In this document: one piece after another, positions 61,870-64,000 of the stretch
How the letters are laid out: every line of letters begins with the position of its first letter
Numbering within the stretch: position 1 is the first letter of the stretch
Source of the DNA: Felis catus
Taxonomy: Eukaryota
Direction: 5' to 3'
Length of the DNA: 64,000 nucleotides
NCBI RefSeq assembly: GCF_018350175.1
Contig: NC_058368.1
Coordinates: 41,604,001 to 41,668,000, forward strand
Program-made: the position numbers and the translations under genes
The notes under the pieces: model-generated
Told to the model about the DNA's origin: nothing
What the model saw: the letters and a program-made list of their open reading frames with translations, nothing else
The model's database searches: none

Positions 61870-62542
61870 AACATCTACATATATCAGATTGTACTGATTC
61901 TTGCTTGTATTATTATTTCTCTATCTCTTGGGCATTTATTCACATACAAAAAATGTAGATAAGGAAATAGAGTTAGTCTCTTAATTGATAAACTAATTCT
62001 ATAGGAAATATTCTTTTAACCGTTTAATATTTCATTAACTAGTTTTACTAGTTACATGTAATTATCGTATAGCCCTGAGTCCTGGACATATCCTCAAATT
62101 CAGGCCATCGCCATCAGAGTACAATTTATCTCTCAAGGTGAGAGAAACAAAAACATTCAACGAATAGGGAAGGGACATAAGAATAAATTGTGTTTATTAT
62201 ATTGTTTCAGCGTATATTAAACCTAGTGTGGGAAATGTTATGCTCCCAAACCAACCTCCTAAGAGAAGTCCCGAATTATGAGGGTTTCTTTTGGCTCCGT
62301 CAGCACCTTCATTTAATGCCTGTTGGGTTTCCTACCTGCTCTCATTTCAGGACACTCTTAATTGGGCCAAGGCATGTACAAACATTGAGAATCCGACATT
62401 CCAGTGTGAACTTTATATTCCCTCTGATTTGTAGAAGATTCAATCACTCACTTTGTTTATACTTGTTGTTTTATTCTTTCTGCAATTGTTTCAGGCAGGA
62501 AAGCAAACCTAACAGTCTAAACCCATGAGCAGAACTGGAATC

Positions 62543-63043
62543 TGTTCTGGTTATGTACTACATCACAAACCACACCAAACTTGGTAGCTTAAAACAACCA
62601 TCATTGTACTGTGTCTGTGACTAGTAAGCCAGGAATTCAGGGCTCATTTAGCTGAATGATTTTTCTGTTCTAAACAGCACCAAATGTGGTTACTGTTTCT
62701 TTTCAGCTGGCAGCTGAGCTGTCTAAAAGATCCAAGATGGCTTCACCCACATTTCTGGTGCCTTGTCAAGAATAGTGACCCCAACAAGGCCATCCTCCCT
62801 CACTATGAGTTCTTAGGACTTCATGTAGTCTTGCCAGAAGAAAGATCAAAATTCTAACATGGCAGCTTAGAGCTTCAAGTATGAATATTCCAAGAGACAG
62901 AGCGTGGTACAAAGTCACTGCTGCCATATTCTACCAGTCAGAGTAGTCACAGAGCCTGCAACAGATTCAAGAAGCAAGGACATAGACCCAACTTTTCAAT
63001 GAATGAAGCATCAAAGATTTTCTGGATATCCTTAATTACCACA
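62543..63043 (-). mobile_element. MaLR LTR (MLT1G-like)
   Basis: acaaaccacaccaaacttggtagcttaaaacaacc...tccaagatggcttcacccacat...cagattcaagaagcaaggacatagaccc...taattaccaca. Confidence 0.85.
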
Positions 63044-63084
63044 CAAACAGAAATGTATTGGTGCAAATGATCATTAAAAATCTT

Positions 63085-63560
63085 AATGTGTAAGAGCTTC
63101 AATCCTCTTCATTTTAAAAATAGTACATGAAATTCTGTGGTAATTAGAGAGTTTTTCAAGTTGAAAGATTTGGTAAGATTCAGAGCAGAGACTAGAACTA
63201 TGAGCTCTTGACAAAATCCAGCACCTTTGAACAGAAAAACACATTGATAATAATTACGATTTTCTGGTAGATGCTATAATTATTATCCACAACACCACAA
63301 AACAGTACAGCACATAGTACTTGCTGAACAGGTGATGGCAATAAAAGAAGACTGTGATATCAGTTTATGGTTTGAATGCAGATTGTAGTCCGGGCTCTAG
63401 AGTCAAACCTGGTTTGACTCCAGACTCCAGTATGAATGCCATTAGTTATTTCACCTCCCACTTCCTCGGTTTTCTGGTCTGCAACAAGACAACTACCTTG
63501 TTGTTTTGTTGTCAGGATGCAATAAGAGACTATGTGAAGTGTCACACACAGATGCGTTTT
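63085..63560. mobile_element. Two decayed MIR fragments (~63085-63240 minus; ~63370-63560 plus)
   Basis: agagcagagactagaactatgagctcttgac; gggctctagagtcaaacctggtttgactccagactcc...ttcctcggttttctggtctgcaac. Confidence 0.55.
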
Positions 63561-63589
63561 TACCGGTTGGGGTAGGATAACACAGTTCT

Positions 63590-64000
63590 TTCCTGAAGAC
63601 TTTTATTGTCTCATTCTTATCAAGGTAAGGCCATCAGCTGAGAGTGAGATGCAGGGGCAATGTAGGAATACTGAGCAAAAAAGAGAAGCTATAAACTGTT
63701 TTCTCAGAGAGTAAAAAAAAAAAAAAAACTGTGCAGAATTTCAGAGCAATTGACTGACCCTTTGAAGTCTGTGGGAATGAATTTAAAGTGAGACCAGACA
63801 GTCTGGTTTTCTCCAGTAATATTCACTTGTTTAGATGAAGTTGCTCAGAAGGCACAAAGTTGGGTCAAGCAGAATTAGGATCTAACAGGCATGTATGACA
63901 GAGGGAGAAGATTAAAAATAGTTAAAAGTTTTGCAAGAAAATGATAATAATGGACTTTGAACAATATTAGGAAGGAGGTTTGTATGATTTTTCTAACATG
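63590..64000 (-). mobile_element. L2 internal fragment, runs off the window end
   Basis: aaggccatcagctgagagtgag...tgaatttaaagtgagaccag...ttttctccag. Confidence 0.6.

Noticed and set aside
62190..62528. 112-aa ORF in unique sequence
   Set aside because: Non-ATG start, no recognisable domain or clear exon structure; length compatible with chance

Overview
AT-rich mammalian non-coding DNA, almost certainly from a feliform carnivore and most likely a cat (Felidae). The basis is about 31 tRNA-derived Can-SINEs, most carrying the feliform 'gctgacagctcagagcctggagcctg' core, many with target-site duplications (TSDs). I can support no protein-coding gene, functional RNA gene or CRISPR array. The ORF track is explained by SINEs, microsatellites, decayed repeats and chance. 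The rest is ancient eutherian repeats (MaLR/ERVL/ERV1 LTRs, an ERVL gag remnant, L1M, L2, MIR, DNA-transposon relics), microsatellites and repeat-poor unique sequence, so this looks like a gene desert or large intron. Most worth following up: (1) a motif-dense candidate enhancer/promoter at ~48.4-49.0 kb; (2) fold-back/templated rearrangements at several TA microsatellites, clearest at 17.6 and 58.9 kb; (3) a SINE with its Pol III B-box region repeated four times; (4) three SINEs stacked at one target site; (5) a collapsed LTR-gag-LTR ERVL-like provirus with an L1 5' end inside it; (6) a CpG-retaining patch with possible minus-strand exons at 37.2-37.4 kb. I do not see convincing evidence of a new biological system. 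Subfamily names come from my recall of consensus sequences, not from a search, and boundaries of old repeats are approximate.
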